64,000 bases of DNA. Source: Clostridia bacterium (GTDB lineage Bacteria; Bacillota; Clostridia; TANB77; CAG-508). The notes beneath the pieces were generated by a model. That model made no database searches, was not told the DNA's origin, and saw nothing but the letters and a program-made list of their open reading frames with translations. Below are positions 11,396-23,588 of this stretch, piece by piece (the first letter of the stretch is position 1; each line of letters starts with the position of its first letter). Position numbers and translations under genes: made by a program. The stretch covers positions 15,228 to 79,227 of the forward strand of contig JBJFFE010000069.1 in the NCBI GenBank assembly GCA_051891435.1, written 5' to 3'.

Positions 11396-14300
11396 ATGGG
11401 TACTAATTGGACGGAAAAACAAAAGCAAGCAATTTATGAAAAAGGAACTAATTTATTAATTGCAGCAGCAGCACGGTAGTGGAAAAACAGCTGTGCTAGT
11501 AGAAAGAATTATAAATAAAATAACAAACGAAAATATTGATATAGATAAGCTTTTAATTGTGACTTTTACAAATGCAGCAGCAACAGAAATGAGAGAACGT
11601 ATATTAAAAGCAATTTATGAAAAATTAGAAAAAGAACCAGATAATAGTAATTTGCAAAGACAGATTTTGCTATTAAATAAGGCAAACATATCTACAATAC
11701 ATGCCTTTTGCTTAGATGTAATAAAAAATAATTTTTATCAAACAGATATATCTCCTAATTTTAGATTAGCTAGTACTCCAGAAATAGAATTATTAAAAAT
11801 GGAGGTTTTAGAAGAAGTTTTTGATAAATTGTATGAAGAAAAAAATAATGAATTTATCAATTTAGTAAATATTTATGGTGGATATAGAGATGACGAAGAT
11901 TTAAAAGAGTTAATTTTAAAAATATATAAATTTATACGGAAGTAGTCCATTCCCAAAAGAATGGTTGGAAGAACAAATAGAAAAGTTCAATTTAAAAGAA
12001 CATTTGACAGAAGATTTTTCATGTACAGAATGGGGAAAGTTACTAATAAATAATGTAAAGGAAGAAATAACTGCTAGTATCAATAAATTAATAAATCTTA
12101 GTTTAAAATTAAAAAAAGAGAGTGAGTTAAGTAAATTTTATTTATGTATTTTAGATGATATAGATAAATTACAAGAAATATTAAATGAAAATACTTGGGA
12201 TGGAATTTACGAAAAATTAAGTGATTTAAAATTTAAAACATGGCCAACAGATAAAAAAAATGTAATGGACTTAAAGGATAAAGCAAAAGAAATTAGAGAT
12301 GGCATAAAAAAAGAAATAAATAAGTTTAAAGAAAAAATATTTATATATAACTCTAAACAGGCTAATGAAGATATTTATGCAATGTATGAAATATTAACAG
12401 GAATTAAAAATGTTATTTTGACATTCATGGACGAATATCAAAAAGCTAAAAAAGAGAGAAATATTATAGATTTTAGCGATATAGAACATTATGCATTAAA
12501 TATATTAGTAACAAAAGATGAAAATGAAAATTATATTCCTACAGAAACCGCAAAAAAATATCAAGAAAAATTTGAAGAAATAGCAATAGACGAATACCAA
12601 GATAGTAACTTAGTACAAGAATATATTTTAACTACGGTATCAAGAGGAAATAATATATTCATGGTGGGTGACGTTAAACAGAGTATATATAAATTTAGAC
12701 AGGCAAGACCAGAATTATTTTTAGAAAAATATGAAAAATATTTAGAAAACATTAACCCAAATTGTGAAGGTAGAAAAATAAAATTATATGAAAATTTTAG
12801 AAGCAGAAAGAATATACTAGACCTTACCAATTTAATTTTTGAGAACATAATGAGTAAAGAGCTTGGAGATATAGAATATAATGAGGAGGAATTCTTAAAT
12901 CAAGGTGCAGAATATGAAAAAATTCCTTTAAAAGTTGAAGCAGGAGGAAAGGCAGAACTACATATAATAGATACATATGACGAAAATAATGATTCTGAAA
13001 TATCAGCAGAAGAAGAAAACGAAATAGAAATAATAGATAATATAGAACTAGAAGCAAAATTTGTATCAGCAAAAATAAAAAGCATAATTGATAATGAGTT
13101 TTATGTATGGGATAAAAAGAAAGGATATAGAAAAGCTACTTTCAAAGACTTTGCCATATTACTTAGAAGTACAACAGGGGTTGCTAATATATATGAAAAA
13201 GAATTAATGAAATTAGGAATACCAGTGTTCTGCGATACAGCAACAAACTATTTTGAAACAATAGAAATACAAACAATAATGAATTTGTTAAAAGTGATAG
13301 ATAATCCTAAAATAGATATACCTCTTGTTACAGTTTTAAGAAGCCCAATAATAGGTCTTACAGATAATGAATTAGTAGAAATAAGATTAGAAAGTAAAAA
13401 TGCATGTTTTTTTGATGCACTTTGCTTAGCCAAAGAAAATTTAAATGAAGGAACATTAAAAAATAAAATAAACAGATTTTTTGAGCTACTGGAAGATTTT
13501 CAGGAAAAACAAGAATATTTTAAATTAGATGAATTAATATGGGATATATATGAAAAAACAGGATATTACAATTATGTTAGTTTAATGAACGATGGAGCTA
13601 TAAAAACAGCTAACCTAAAAATGCTTTTCGAGAAAGCAAAAGATTATGAAGAAGGTAGTTTTAAAGGCTTATATAACTTTATTAATTTTATTGATAGAAT
13701 TAGTAAAAATGGCAGCGACATGGGTGCTCCCAAAATTATTGGAGAAAATGAAAATGTAGTAAGAATAATGAGTATTCATAAAAGTAAAGGACTAGAATTC
13801 CCAATAGTATTTTTAAGCAGTACAGGCAAACAGTTTAATTTACAAGATTTAAACCAAAGTATTCTTCTTCATCAAGATATAGGTTTTGGACCTAAATATA
13901 TAAATTATGAAAGAAAAATAGAGTATAATACTTTAGCAAAAGAAGCGATAAAAATAAAATCGAAAAACGAACTTCAGTCAGAAGAAATGAGACTTTTATA
14001 TGTAGCGTTAACAAGAGCAAGAGAAAAAATAATAATAACAGGAATAGATAAAAATCTAAAAAAATCTCTAAAAGATAAAAAAGAACTATTAGAAGGAAAC
14101 GACAAAAATAAAGGAATAAATAAATTTATTATTCAAAAAGCAAAATCATATTTGGACTGGCTAGAGTTTGTAAGTATATACGATAATAGGGCAAAAGACA
14201 TTATAGATATATATGAGCATAAAAAAACTGAAATGAAAATATCAGAAGAAGAAAATAACAAACTAGAGTTAAAAATTGAGAAAGAAAATAAAACAGATGA

Positions 14301-14970
14301 CCAAGTAGAAAAAATGCTAAATTGGAAATATCCAAAAATAGAGTTAACTAAAATAGAAGGTAAAAGTTCAGTAAGTAAAATATCAAAACAAGAGAAAGTA
14401 AAATATACAGTAGAGGATATTGTACCAGAATTTATAAAGGAAGCAGAAAAATCATTAACTGGCGCAGAATTTGGAACAACAGTACATTTGGTAATGCAAA
14501 AGTTAGATTTCAAAGAGGAATATGACTTAGAAAAAATAAATGCACTATTAGAAGAACTATTCGCAAAAAAAATAATTTCTAACACACAAAAAGAAGCGGT
14601 TCCAAAAGAAAAAATTTTAAAATTCACACAATCAGAACTTTTCAAAGAATTAAAAAATGCTAAAGAAATACATACAGAAGAACCTTTTTATATAAATACA
14701 CCAGTAAAAGAAATATATGATAACAACATAGAAGAAAATATATTAATACAAGGAATAATTGACTTATATTATATAGACAAAGATGATAAATTGGTTGTGG
14801 TGGACTACAAAACAGATTATGTACCAGAAAATGACGAGAATTATCTAATAGAAAAATATAAAAATCAATTAGAATTATATGCAAAAGCATTAAATCAGGC
14901 ATTAAATAAAAAGGTTAGCAAAGTATATATTTATTCTACATATTTAAATAAAGTAATAGAAATCTGTTGA
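11396..14970 (+). CDS. addA: ATP-dependent helicase/nuclease subunit A (AddA); needs two +1 shifts at in-frame CGG 11474-11476 and 11937-11939
   Basis: Three ORFs (11396.., 11460..11945, 11965..14970) are collinear with AddA. Skipping the C restores the Walker A motif AAAAGSGKT and KFIGSSPFPKEW. The C-terminal PD-(D/E)xK motif DYKTD is present. Confidence 0.85.
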
Positions 14971-15002
14971 AAAAATTAAAGATGAATGAGAGGAGAAAAC
15001 AA

Positions 15003-16382
15003 ATGAGAATAAAATTAAAAAATAAAAATCAAGGGATAACTTTAATATCAATAATTATAACTATAGTATTAATGTTAATATTAGCAAGTGTTGCAGTAAA
15101 CGTTTCACTTGGGGGAGGACTATTTGACTATACTAGTAAAGCAAAATTTAGAACAGAAGTACTAAGTATAAAAGAGGAATTTCAACAAAAGACAGCAATT
15201 AATGGAGAAAATTTACCAGATGGAGATTTACAAACCGTGCTAGGAATAAAAAACGATTATCAAAACATGCTAAAAATAGAGAATCGGTAAATTAGTATAT
15301 AGTGTGCAAAATACATCAGAAAAAAAACAAGCATGGCTTGAAGAATTAGGTATAAATAAAAGTGCTATAGATCAACAAAACATAATATGCCAAGAGAACC
15401 CAACTACATTTTATATAGTAGACGATACAAACAAATTAAAATATAGCGCAGAAAATATTGGCTCAATGTGGGATTGGGCAACAAAAAAAGCATCAAATAC
15501 ATTTAAAAATTCAAATGGAGATGCTTATAAAACTACAATTATAATAGAAAACATAGATTTAAACTGTAGTGAAGAAAAACAATGGGTACCATATAGTTTA
15601 GATTCAGAAACATTTGATGGACAAAACCATACTATTAGTGGAATTTATATTAATAATGATAGTGATACAGGAGGACTATTTAAAAATGCAACCAATGCAA
15701 CAATTAAAAATATAATAATAGAAAATGGATATATTTATACAACAAATGCTAATGGTGCTGGACTTGTGGGAAGATGTAGTGGCATCGGAAATGTAAGCAT
15801 AATAAATTGTGTTAATAAAGCAGAAGTTTATGGTAGTACAAATACTGGAGGAATTGTAGGATATATAATGAGACCACAAGGAAACTGTATTATAGAAGGA
15901 TGTGCTAATTTTGGGAAAATATCAAGTGCAAGTTATTGTGGAGGAATTGTAGGGAGAATACTTAATGAAACTCGGTACAGTAAGTATAAAAAATTGCTAT
16001 AATTCTCAAATAATAACAGGTGCAGGCGGAAATGGCAATCGTGCTGGTGGAATTGTTGGAGTAGCAACTACTACAAATGTTTCATTTATGAATTGCTATA
16101 ATAATGGAACTGTTGTTAATGGAAAAGCTATTGGACGGAGAAAATTTAACAGATTGCTATTATTTAGAACAAACATATAATGTAGCTACGACTAATGCAA
16201 CAGCATTAACAAAAACACAGATGCAATCACAAGAGTTTATAACAATGTTAAATACAATAACAACTACCATAGTTGATGAAACAACAGGTGAGGAAAAAAC
16301 AATAACAACTATGCAAAATGCTTGGGTGAAAGATAGTAAAAATATAAATAAAGGATACCCAATACTATCTTGGCAACAATAA
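15003..16382 (+). CDS. Prepilin-type N-terminal domain protein with GLUG-like (GGIVG) repeats; needs three +1 shifts at in-frame CGG 15285, 15973 and 16136
   Basis: GAGAGGAG RBS precedes the ATG at 15003. The leader MRIKLKNKNQG/ITLISIIITIV resembles a class III pilin signal. Four ORF pieces rejoin as IENGKLVYS, NETGTVSIK and AIGGENLT. Confidence 0.65.
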
Positions 16383-16471
16383 AATTATTTTACAAAAATC
16401 GTTGATTTTTAAATTATTTTGATATATAATATCACACGGTAAAAAAAGAAAAAGAAAGAAGGTTTGTTTAT

Positions 16472-19111
16472 ATGAGCAAAAAATATGTTTACCTTTTTAA
16501 AGAAGGAAACGCAAATATGCGTGAATTGCTAGGTGGTAAAGGTGCTAACTTAGCAGAAATGACAAATTTAGGTTTACCAATCCCACAAGGTTTTACAGTG
16601 TCAACAGAAGCTTGTACAGAATATTATAAGGATGGTAAAACAATTAATGAAGAAATTCAAAGCCAAATTTTTGCAGCATTAAAAGAATTAGAAAAAATGC
16701 AAGGTAAAAAATTTGGAGATACTTCAGATCCATTATTAGTATCAGTAAGAAGTGGTGCTAGAGCATCAATGCCTGGTATGATGGATACAATATTAAACTT
16801 AGGTTTAAACGATGTAGCAGTTGAAGGATTTGCTGCAAAAACTGGAAACCCAAGATTCGCATATGACTCATACAGAAGATTTATTCAAATGTATTCAGAT
16901 GTTGTTATGGAAGTCCCAAAATCATTCTTTGAAAAAATTATTGATGAATTAAAAGCTGAAAAAGGTGTTCATTATGATACAGAATTAACTGTAGATGATT
17001 TAAAAGAATTAGTAAAAAGATTTAAAGAAGTTTACAAAAATGCAATGAATGGACAAGAATTCCCACAAGACCCAACAGAACAATTAATGGGAGCTGTTAA
17101 AGCCGTATTTAGGAGTTGGGACAACCCAAGAGCAATTGTTTATAGAAGAATGAACGATATACCAGGAGATTGGGGAACAGCAGTTAACGTTCAAGCAATG
17201 GTATTTGGTAACATGGGAGAAACATCAGGAACAGGTGTTGCATTTACTCGTGACCCAGCTACAGGTGAAAAAGGTATATATGGTGAATATTTAATTAATG
17301 CACAAGGTGAAGACGTTGTTGCAGGTGTTAGAACACCACAACCTATAACAAAACTTGCTGAAGATTTACCAGAATGCTATAAAGAATTCATGGAATTAGC
17401 AACAAAACTAGAAAACCATTATCGTGATATGCAAGATATGGAATTTACAATTCAAGAAGGAAAACTATATTTCTTACAAACAAGAAATGGAAAAAGAACA
17501 GCTCCAGCTGCTATAAAAATTGCTTGCGATTTAGTAGATGAGGGAATGATTACTCCTGAAGAAGCAGTTCTTAGAATAGAAGCAAAATCATTAGACCAAT
17601 TATTACACCCAGTATTTGATAGCAAAGCTTTAAAAGAAGCAAAAGTAATTGGAACTGGATTAAATGCAGCTCCAGGTGCTGGTGCAGGTAAAGTAGTATT
17701 TACTGCAGAAGAAGCTAAAGAATTAGGAAAAGGTGGAAAAGGTGAAAGAGTAGTTCTAGTTCGTCTAGAAACAACTCCAGAAGATATTGAAGGTATGGCT
17801 GCAGCTCAAGGTATACTTACAGTTCGTGGTGGACGTACATCACATGCAGCAGTTGTTGCTCGTGGTATGGGTGCTTGCTGTGTTGCAGGATGCGGAGATA
17901 TCAAAATAAATGAAGAAAAAGAAGAATTTGAATTAGGTGGAAGAGTATTCCACAAAGGTGATTATATATCTATAGATGGAACAACAGGAAACATTTATGG
18001 AGAAGATATCCCAACTCATGAAGCTGAAATTAGTGGAAACTTTGGAAGAATAATGGCATGGGCAGATAGCTTTAGACAATTAAAAGTTAGAACAAATGCT
18101 GACAACCCAAGAGACACTAAAAAAGCTGTTGAATTAGGAGCAGAAGGTATAGGATTATGTAGAACAGAGCACATGTTCTTCGAAGAAGATAGAATACCAA
18201 AAATTAGAAAAATGATATTATCTGAAACAGTAGAAGCTCGTGAAGCTGCTTTAAATGAATTAATACCATTCCAAAAAGGTGACTTCAAAGCTATGTATAA
18301 AGAATTAAAAGGATTGCCAATGACAGTACGTTATTTAGATCCACCTCTACATGAATTCTTACCAACTGCTGAAGAAGATATCAAAGCATTAGCTGCAGAT
18401 ATGGGTGTAACAGTTGAACACTTAAAACAAAAATGTGCAGACTTACACGAATTCAACCCAATGATGGGACATCGTGGATGCCGTCTTGCTGTAACATATC
18501 CAGAAATAGCAAGAATGCAAACAAGAGCATTAATGGAAGCAGCAATTGAAGTTAAAGAAGAAGATGGATATGATATAGTTCCTGAAATAATGATTCCATT
18601 AGTTGGTGAAAAGAAAGAATTAAAATTTGTTAAAGATATTGTTGTAGAAACAGCAGAACAAGTTAAAAAAGAAAAAGGCTCAGATATGGAATATCACATT
18701 GGTACAATGATTGAAATTCCTAGAGCTGCAATAACAGCTGATGAGATAGCAGAAGAAGCAGAATTCTTCTCATTTGGAACAAATGACTTAACTCAAATGA
18801 CATTTGGTTTCTCAAGAGATGATGCTGGTAAATTTTTAGGAGATTACTATGCTAATAAAATATATGAATCAGATCCATTTGCTAAAATAGACCAAAATGG
18901 TGTTGGAAAATTAGTAAAAATGGCAGTTGAATTAGGAAGAAGTACAAGACCAAATATTAAACTTGGTATATGTGGTGAACACGGTGGAGAACCATCAAGT
19001 GTTGAATTCTGCCATAATGTTGGATTAACATATGTGTCATGCTCACCATTTAGAGTTCCAATTGCTCGTTTAGCAGCAGCACAAGCAGCAATTAAAAATC
19101 CAAGAGCATAA
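16472..19111 (+). CDS. ppdK: Pyruvate, phosphate dikinase
   Basis: The 879-aa protein has PEP-utilising and ATP-grasp domains and the catalytic His region GGRTSHAAVVARGMG. Confidence 0.95.
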   Translation: MSKKYVYLFKEGNANMRELLGGKGANLAEMTNLGLPIPQGFTVSTEACTEYYKDGKTINEEIQSQIFAALKELEKMQGKKFGDTSDPLLVSVRSGARASMPGMMDTILNLGLNDVAVEGFAAKTGNPRFAYDSYRRFIQMYSDVVMEVPKSFFEKIIDELKAEKGVHYDTELTVDDLKELVKRFKEVYKNAMNGQEFPQDPTEQLMGAVKAVFRSWDNPRAIVYRRMNDIPGDWGTAVNVQAMVFGNMGETSGTGVAFTRDPATGEKGIYGEYLINAQGEDVVAGVRTPQPITKLAEDLPECYKEFMELATKLENHYRDMQDMEFTIQEGKLYFLQTRNGKRTAPAAIKIACDLVDEGMITPEEAVLRIEAKSLDQLLHPVFDSKALKEAKVIGTGLNAAPGAGAGKVVFTAEEAKELGKGGKGERVVLVRLETTPEDIEGMAAAQGILTVRGGRTSHAAVVARGMGACCVAGCGDIKINEEKEEFELGGRVFHKGDYISIDGTTGNIYGEDIPTHEAEISGNFGRIMAWADSFRQLKVRTNADNPRDTKKAVELGAEGIGLCRTEHMFFEEDRIPKIRKMILSETVEAREAALNELIPFQKGDFKAMYKELKGLPMTVRYLDPPLHEFLPTAEEDIKALAADMGVTVEHLKQKCADLHEFNPMMGHRGCRLAVTYPEIARMQTRALMEAAIEVKEEDGYDIVPEIMIPLVGEKKELKFVKDIVVETAEQVKKEKGSDMEYHIGTMIEIPRAAITADEIAEEAEFFSFGTNDLTQMTFGFSRDDAGKFLGDYYANKIYESDPFAKIDQNGVGKLVKMAVELGRSTRPNIKLGICGEHGGEPSSVEFCHNVGLTYVSCSPFRVPIARLAAAQAAIKNPRA

Positions 19112-19132
19112 AACTACAATAGACTGTAAATT

Positions 19133-19163
19133 GTAGAGGCAGGGTTACATCCCTGCCTACAAC
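19133..19163. repeat. GTAGAGGCAGGG-ttacat-CCCTGCCTACAAC palindromic element after ppdK
   Basis: It is a perfect 12-bp inverted repeat with family-type termini. Confidence 0.7.
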
Positions 19164-19180
19164 ATAGGTTCTTATATAGA

Positions 19181-19242
19181 AGGACAGGTTATTTTTACAT
19201 CTTTTTTTATAAAGGTGCATAAATAACCTGTCCTTATTTTTT
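19181..19242 (+). terminator. Rho-independent terminator
   Basis: The stem AGGACAGGTTATTT...AAATAACCTGTCCT is followed by TTATTTTTT. Confidence 0.7.
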
Positions 19243-19269
19243 AGAAAATCATACAAAAGGTAGGCTGAC
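19237..19269 (+). repeat. 33-nt conserved intergenic motif TTTTTTAGAAAATCATACAAAAGGTAGGCTGAC (copy 1)
   Basis: An identical copy lies at 32855..32887. Both sit upstream of a gene start. Confidence 0.6.
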
Positions 19270-19378
19270 TAAAAGCATTTACTGAACATTAACATATTAT
19301 TTAAAAATTTCATAAAAACAGTTGATATTTTTCCTCATTTAATATAAAATTTACAAAAGAGAATGGAGGTAATTTTTA

Positions 19379-20038
19379 TTGGTAACGTTTGATGATGTTA
19401 AAAATAATCCAGAAGTGCAAGAATTAATTGTTGGAGCGCAAAGGCAATTAAATGCATTAGGATATACGGAGCATTCTATTAGACATGTTAGTATAGTCGC
19501 AAATAGAGCGGCTAAGATATTACAGGATTTAGGCTATGATGAACACAGAGTTGAATTGGCTAAAATAGCAGGCTTTTTACATGATATTGGAAACGGAGTA
19601 AACAGAGTAGACCATGCTCATAGTGGAGCAATCTTGGCTTATAATATTTTAAAAGATATGGGAATGGATTTAAAGGATAGAACAGAAATAATGTCTGCAA
19701 TAGGAAATCATGATGAAGCAACTGGAACAGCAGTAAGCGATATATCGGCAGCACTAATTTTAGCAGATAAATCGGATGTTCATAGAGACAGGGTAGTTAA
19801 TCCAAATAAAACATCTTTTGAAATACATGATAGAGTAAATTATGCTGTAACAAATACTAAATTAGAAATAGATAAAGAAAATAGAAGAGTTATGCTTAAC
19901 TTAAGCATAGATACAAATATTTGTCCAGTGCTTGATTATTTTGAAATATTTATGGAAAGAACAAGAATGAGTAAATATGCAGCCAAATATTTAAATATTT
20001 GGTTTGAATTAATAATAAATGATACAAGGTTATTATAG
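19379..20038 (+). CDS. HD domain phosphohydrolase
   Basis: The H..HD motif (FLHDIGN) is present. It has a TTG start 9 nt after GGAGG. Confidence 0.6.
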   Translation: MVTFDDVKNNPEVQELIVGAQRQLNALGYTEHSIRHVSIVANRAAKILQDLGYDEHRVELAKIAGFLHDIGNGVNRVDHAHSGAILAYNILKDMGMDLKDRTEIMSAIGNHDEATGTAVSDISAALILADKSDVHRDRVVNPNKTSFEIHDRVNYAVTNTKLEIDKENRRVMLNLSIDTNICPVLDYFEIFMERTRMSKYAAKYLNIWFELIINDTRLL

Positions 20039-20050
20039 GGAGGAATAAAA

Positions 20051-21427
20051 TTGAAAACATTAAAAAGAATTGAAATGGTAGCTATACTGCTATTTGTAGC
20101 AATAATAATATTTGCTTCATTTTTTGGAGTATATAAAAAAGAAGACTTTAGAACAGTAAATATAATAAAAGATTATAAATTAGGAATGCAATTTACAAAT
20201 ACAGTAGTATTAAATTATAAACCAACAACAGAAGAAAAAGAAGTTATATATAATGCAGAGGGAGATGTAGTTATAGATGATGGACAAACAGAATATACAG
20301 AGGAAAATGGATATACTGTAAAAAATGAGACAGTAAATAATGAACAAAATTTAACTAAAGAAAATTATAAATTAACTAAAAAAATATTAAAAAATAGGTT
20401 AAAAGGAATGAACGTAGGAGAATATGAATTAAAACTTAACGAAGAAACAGGAGAAATAACAATAACTCTACAAGATAATGATGATGTTCATGAAATAAGT
20501 GAACATTTGGGACAAAAAGGATTATTTAATGTAATAGATAAAGAAACAAAAATTAGCTTACTAGATTATAATGATGTAAAATCTGCAAAAGCAGTTTATG
20601 GATCAAGCGATGAAACAGGAACTTCAACTACTGTATATTTACAAATTAATTTTAACAAAGATGGAGCAAAGAAACTTGAAGAAATAAGTACAGTGTATGT
20701 AAAATCTGCTGAAGAACAAGAAAACGAAGAAGGAGAAAAGGAAGAAGTAGATACCACAAAATATGTAAGTGTAGTATTAGATGGACAAACATATAGCTCA
20801 ACTTATTTTGGAGAAAAAATGTCTACAGGAGTTTTATATATCCCTATTGCAGAAGTAAAAAATAATGAAGATATAGAAGGATATGTTAAAGAAATAAATA
20901 ATATAGCTACTATAATAAATAATGAGGTTTTACCAATAGACTATGATTTTTCAGAAGAACATGTTGAAACAAAAATGACACAAAATATGATATTTATAGG
21001 TATTGCAATTCCAGTAATAATACTTGTAGCTGCATGTATAGTTTTGATTGTTAAATTTAAAGCAAAAGGATTTATAACAACATTTTTACAAATAGGATAT
21101 ATAGCACTACTACTATTGGTTATAAGATACACAAATGTAGTAATAACAATAGAAGGAATTTTAGGAATAATAATATCAGCCATCTTAAATTATATTTTAG
21201 TATATGCTATGTTAAGTAATTTAAAGAAAAAAGGACAGATAGAATGGAAGTTAATTGGAAAATTCGCATTAAGAACAATTATAGTGTATATACTTGCAGT
21301 AGTTCTTGCATTTAATTCGTTAACAAGAATAAATAGCTTTGGAATGGCTTTAGTTTGGGGAAGCTTCTGCTTATATATTTACAATTTAGCTATAACAAGA
21401 AATGTTCTAAAAATGTTAAATAAATAA
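20051..21427 (+). CDS. Hypothetical membrane protein (N-terminal TM, large extracytoplasmic domain, C-terminal multi-TM bundle)
   Basis: GGGAGG RBS precedes the TTG start. The hydrophobicity pattern gives this topology. Confidence 0.5.
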   Translation: MKTLKRIEMVAILLFVAIIIFASFFGVYKKEDFRTVNIIKDYKLGMQFTNTVVLNYKPTTEEKEVIYNAEGDVVIDDGQTEYTEENGYTVKNETVNNEQNLTKENYKLTKKILKNRLKGMNVGEYELKLNEETGEITITLQDNDDVHEISEHLGQKGLFNVIDKETKISLLDYNDVKSAKAVYGSSDETGTSTTVYLQINFNKDGAKKLEEISTVYVKSAEEQENEEGEKEEVDTTKYVSVVLDGQTYSSTYFGEKMSTGVLYIPIAEVKNNEDIEGYVKEINNIATIINNEVLPIDYDFSEEHVETKMTQNMIFIGIAIPVIILVAACIVLIVKFKAKGFITTFLQIGYIALLLLVIRYTNVVITIEGILGIIISAILNYILVYAMLSNLKKKGQIEWKLIGKFALRTIIVYILAVVLAFNSLTRINSFGMALVWGSFCLYIYNLAITRNVLKMLNK

Positions 21428-21443
21428 TTATTGCTGAAACTGT

Positions 21444-21485
21444 AACGCAACAAAAAAACTCTTAATAAAATAATATTAGGAGTTT
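21444..21485 (+). terminator. Rho-independent terminator after 20051..21427
   Basis: The stem AAACTCTTAATA...TATTAGGAGTTT is followed by TTTTT. Confidence 0.6.
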
Positions 21486-21487
21486 TT

Positions 21488-21823
21488 TTGTTGGAGATGA
21501 TAAAATTGAAAAATTGGATAAAAAAATTATATAGATCTAAAGAAAATATTACAAAAGAGGAAATGAAAGAAATTTTGAACAATAATTCTAATGTTATATT
21601 ATTAGATGTAAGAAGTCCACAAGAATTTGAAGAAGAACATTTAAGAGGAGCAATAAATATACCGACATACGAATTATATACACAAGCCCTAAAAAAACTA
21701 AAAAATAAAGATGCAATTATTATAGCATATTGTACAGTAGGAGTAAGGAGCAAAAATGCAATTAATATTTTAAGAAAAATGGGGTATAAAAATTTGTACC
21801 ATTTAGAGGGAGGAATAGGATAA
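21488..21823 (+). CDS. Rhodanese-like domain protein
   Basis: The active-site Cys is in a CTVGVRS context. Confidence 0.75.
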   Translation: MLEMIKLKNWIKKLYRSKENITKEEMKEILNNNSNVILLDVRSPQEFEEEHLRGAINIPTYELYTQALKKLKNKDAIIIAYCTVGVRSKNAINILRKMGYKNLYHLEGGIG

Positions 21824-21924
21824 ATTACTAAAATTTTCAAAAAAATAGTTGTAAATTAAATTATAAATTGATATACTTAATATTGTAAGTATATCAATTT
21901 TTGTATCTAAGGAGGTATGTAAGA

Positions 21925-22359
21925 ATGGAAGAAGATAAAGAAATTCAAGAATTAGAAAGTGAAGAAATAACAACTACAGATAATGCAGATATTAAAATAT
22001 CAAATGAAGTTGTTGCATCTATTGCTGGAGTCGCTGTATCAGAGGTACAAGGTGTTTATAGTATGGCAGGAGGATTGGCAGGAGGAATATCAGAGGTTTT
22101 TAGTGGTAAAAAGAATTTATCAAAAGGAATTAAGGTAGAAGTTGGAGAAAAAGAAACTAAAATAGATGTTAATATAATAGTTGAATATGGTGTAAGAATA
22201 CCAGATGTCGCTTTTGAAATCCAAAGAAGAGTAAAAAAGGCAGTTGAGACAATGACTGGACTTAAAGTTTCAGGTGTAAATATTCATGTACAAGGAATAA
22301 AAACAAATACACAAGAAAATAAAGAAAAAGAAGAGGAAGAAGAGGAAGAAGAGGAGTAA
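21925..22359 (+). CDS. Asp23/Gls24 family alkaline shock protein
   Basis: GGAGG RBS precedes the ATG at 21925. The Asp23 fold signature and a C-terminal poly-E tail are present. Confidence 0.8.
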   Translation: MEEDKEIQELESEEITTTDNADIKISNEVVASIAGVAVSEVQGVYSMAGGLAGGISEVFSGKKNLSKGIKVEVGEKETKIDVNIIVEYGVRIPDVAFEIQRRVKKAVETMTGLKVSGVNIHVQGIKTNTQENKEKEEEEEEEEE

Positions 22360-22363
22360 AAAA

Positions 22364-22918
22364 ATGAAAATTTTAGATAGAATTGGTTTAACAATATTTT
22401 CAGTAATTATTTTAATAGTATCATTAATAACATGTTTTATTATATCAGGATGGCTAGAAATACCTGTTGTAGCAGATTTAGTAGAAAAAGTTTTGTCAAA
22501 TGAAGTAGGAGGACCTATAGCACTTGCTTTAGCAATATTACTTGCATTATTAGCATTAAAATGCATTTTCCTTAGCTCTTATTTAAAAGAAAAAACTAAA
22601 GAGGGAATATTATTAGAAAATGAAAATGGTAAATTATTGGTATCTAAGGATACTATAGAAAATTTATCTACAGCAGTTATTAAAAATTTCGATAGTATAG
22701 AGAACTCAAATGTTAGAGTAGATGTAGATGGAGAAAATAAAATTAGTATATTTATTACATTATCAGTATATTCAGAGGTAGTAATTAAAGACTTGGCATC
22801 TAAAATTCAATTGAATATAAAAGATGAAGTAAAAAAATCTTTGGATTTAGAGATAAAAGAGGTAAATATAAGAATAAAAAATATAAATGCAAAAAAAGAA
22901 AATGTTGTAAAAGAATAA
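22364..22918 (+). CDS. Alkaline shock response membrane anchor protein AmaP-like
   Basis: It has an N-terminal TM, lies directly downstream of asp23 and is followed by a DUF2273 gene, which is the conserved triad. Confidence 0.6.
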   Translation: MKILDRIGLTIFSVIILIVSLITCFIISGWLEIPVVADLVEKVLSNEVGGPIALALAILLALLALKCIFLSSYLKEKTKEGILLENENGKLLVSKDTIENLSTAVIKNFDSIENSNVRVDVDGENKISIFITLSVYSEVVIKDLASKIQLNIKDEVKKSLDLEIKEVNIRIKNINAKKENVVKE

Positions 22919-22967
22919 TATTAAGCAAAAAATTCGTTTGCTTAAGTAATGGAAAAGAGGATGTAAT

Positions 22968-23171
22968 ATGGAAAATTTTAAAGAATTCCTTTCAAAGTAT
23001 ATTGGGGCAATAATTGGGGCTATAGTTGCAATAATTGCTTTATTATTACATGTATATAAATTTATTATTGCTGTAATAATAATTTTTATTGGAATGTATG
23101 TTGGCAATTATATACAACATAATAAAGAATTGGTAAAAATAAAAATAAAAGAATTTATTGATAAATTATAA
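22968..23171 (+). CDS. DUF2273 small membrane protein
   Basis: The 67-aa protein has two TM helices and sits in the asp23-amaP context. Confidence 0.5.
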   Translation: MENFKEFLSKYIGAIIGAIVAIIALLLHVYKFIIAVIIIFIGMYVGNYIQHNKELVKIKIKEFIDKL

Positions 23172-23183
23172 TGGAGGAACAAA

Positions 23184-23588
23184 ATGAATAGGTCTGAAGC
23201 AAGAGACATGGCATTTAAATTTTTATATCAAGTAGAAGTGCAAAAAGAAAACAATGAAAATGCAATTGATTTATTTATAGAAAATAATGAAATACAAGAT
23301 AAAGAAGCAAAAAAATATATTTTAAGTGTTGCAAGAGGAGTAAAAGAAAATTTAGAAAATATAACAACAATAATCGAAAAAAATTTAAAACAGGATTGGA
23401 AAATAGAAAGAATTTCTAAAGTTACACTTGCAATTTTAAAACTTGCAATATATGAAATAATATATGCAAAAATCCCATTCAAAGTAGTTATAAATGAAGC
23501 AGTAGAGCTTGCAAAAAAGTATGGAGAAGATACCGCACCTGTATTTGTAAATGGAATTTTAGCAAGTGTTGTTAAGGAGAATGTATGA
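23184..23588 (+). CDS. nusB: Transcription antitermination factor NusB
   Basis: NusB size and motifs fit, and it lies immediately upstream of xseA. Confidence 0.85.
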   Translation: MNRSEARDMAFKFLYQVEVQKENNENAIDLFIENNEIQDKEAKKYILSVARGVKENLENITTIIEKNLKQDWKIERISKVTLAILKLAIYEIIYAKIPFKVVINEAVELAKKYGEDTAPVFVNGILASVVKENV

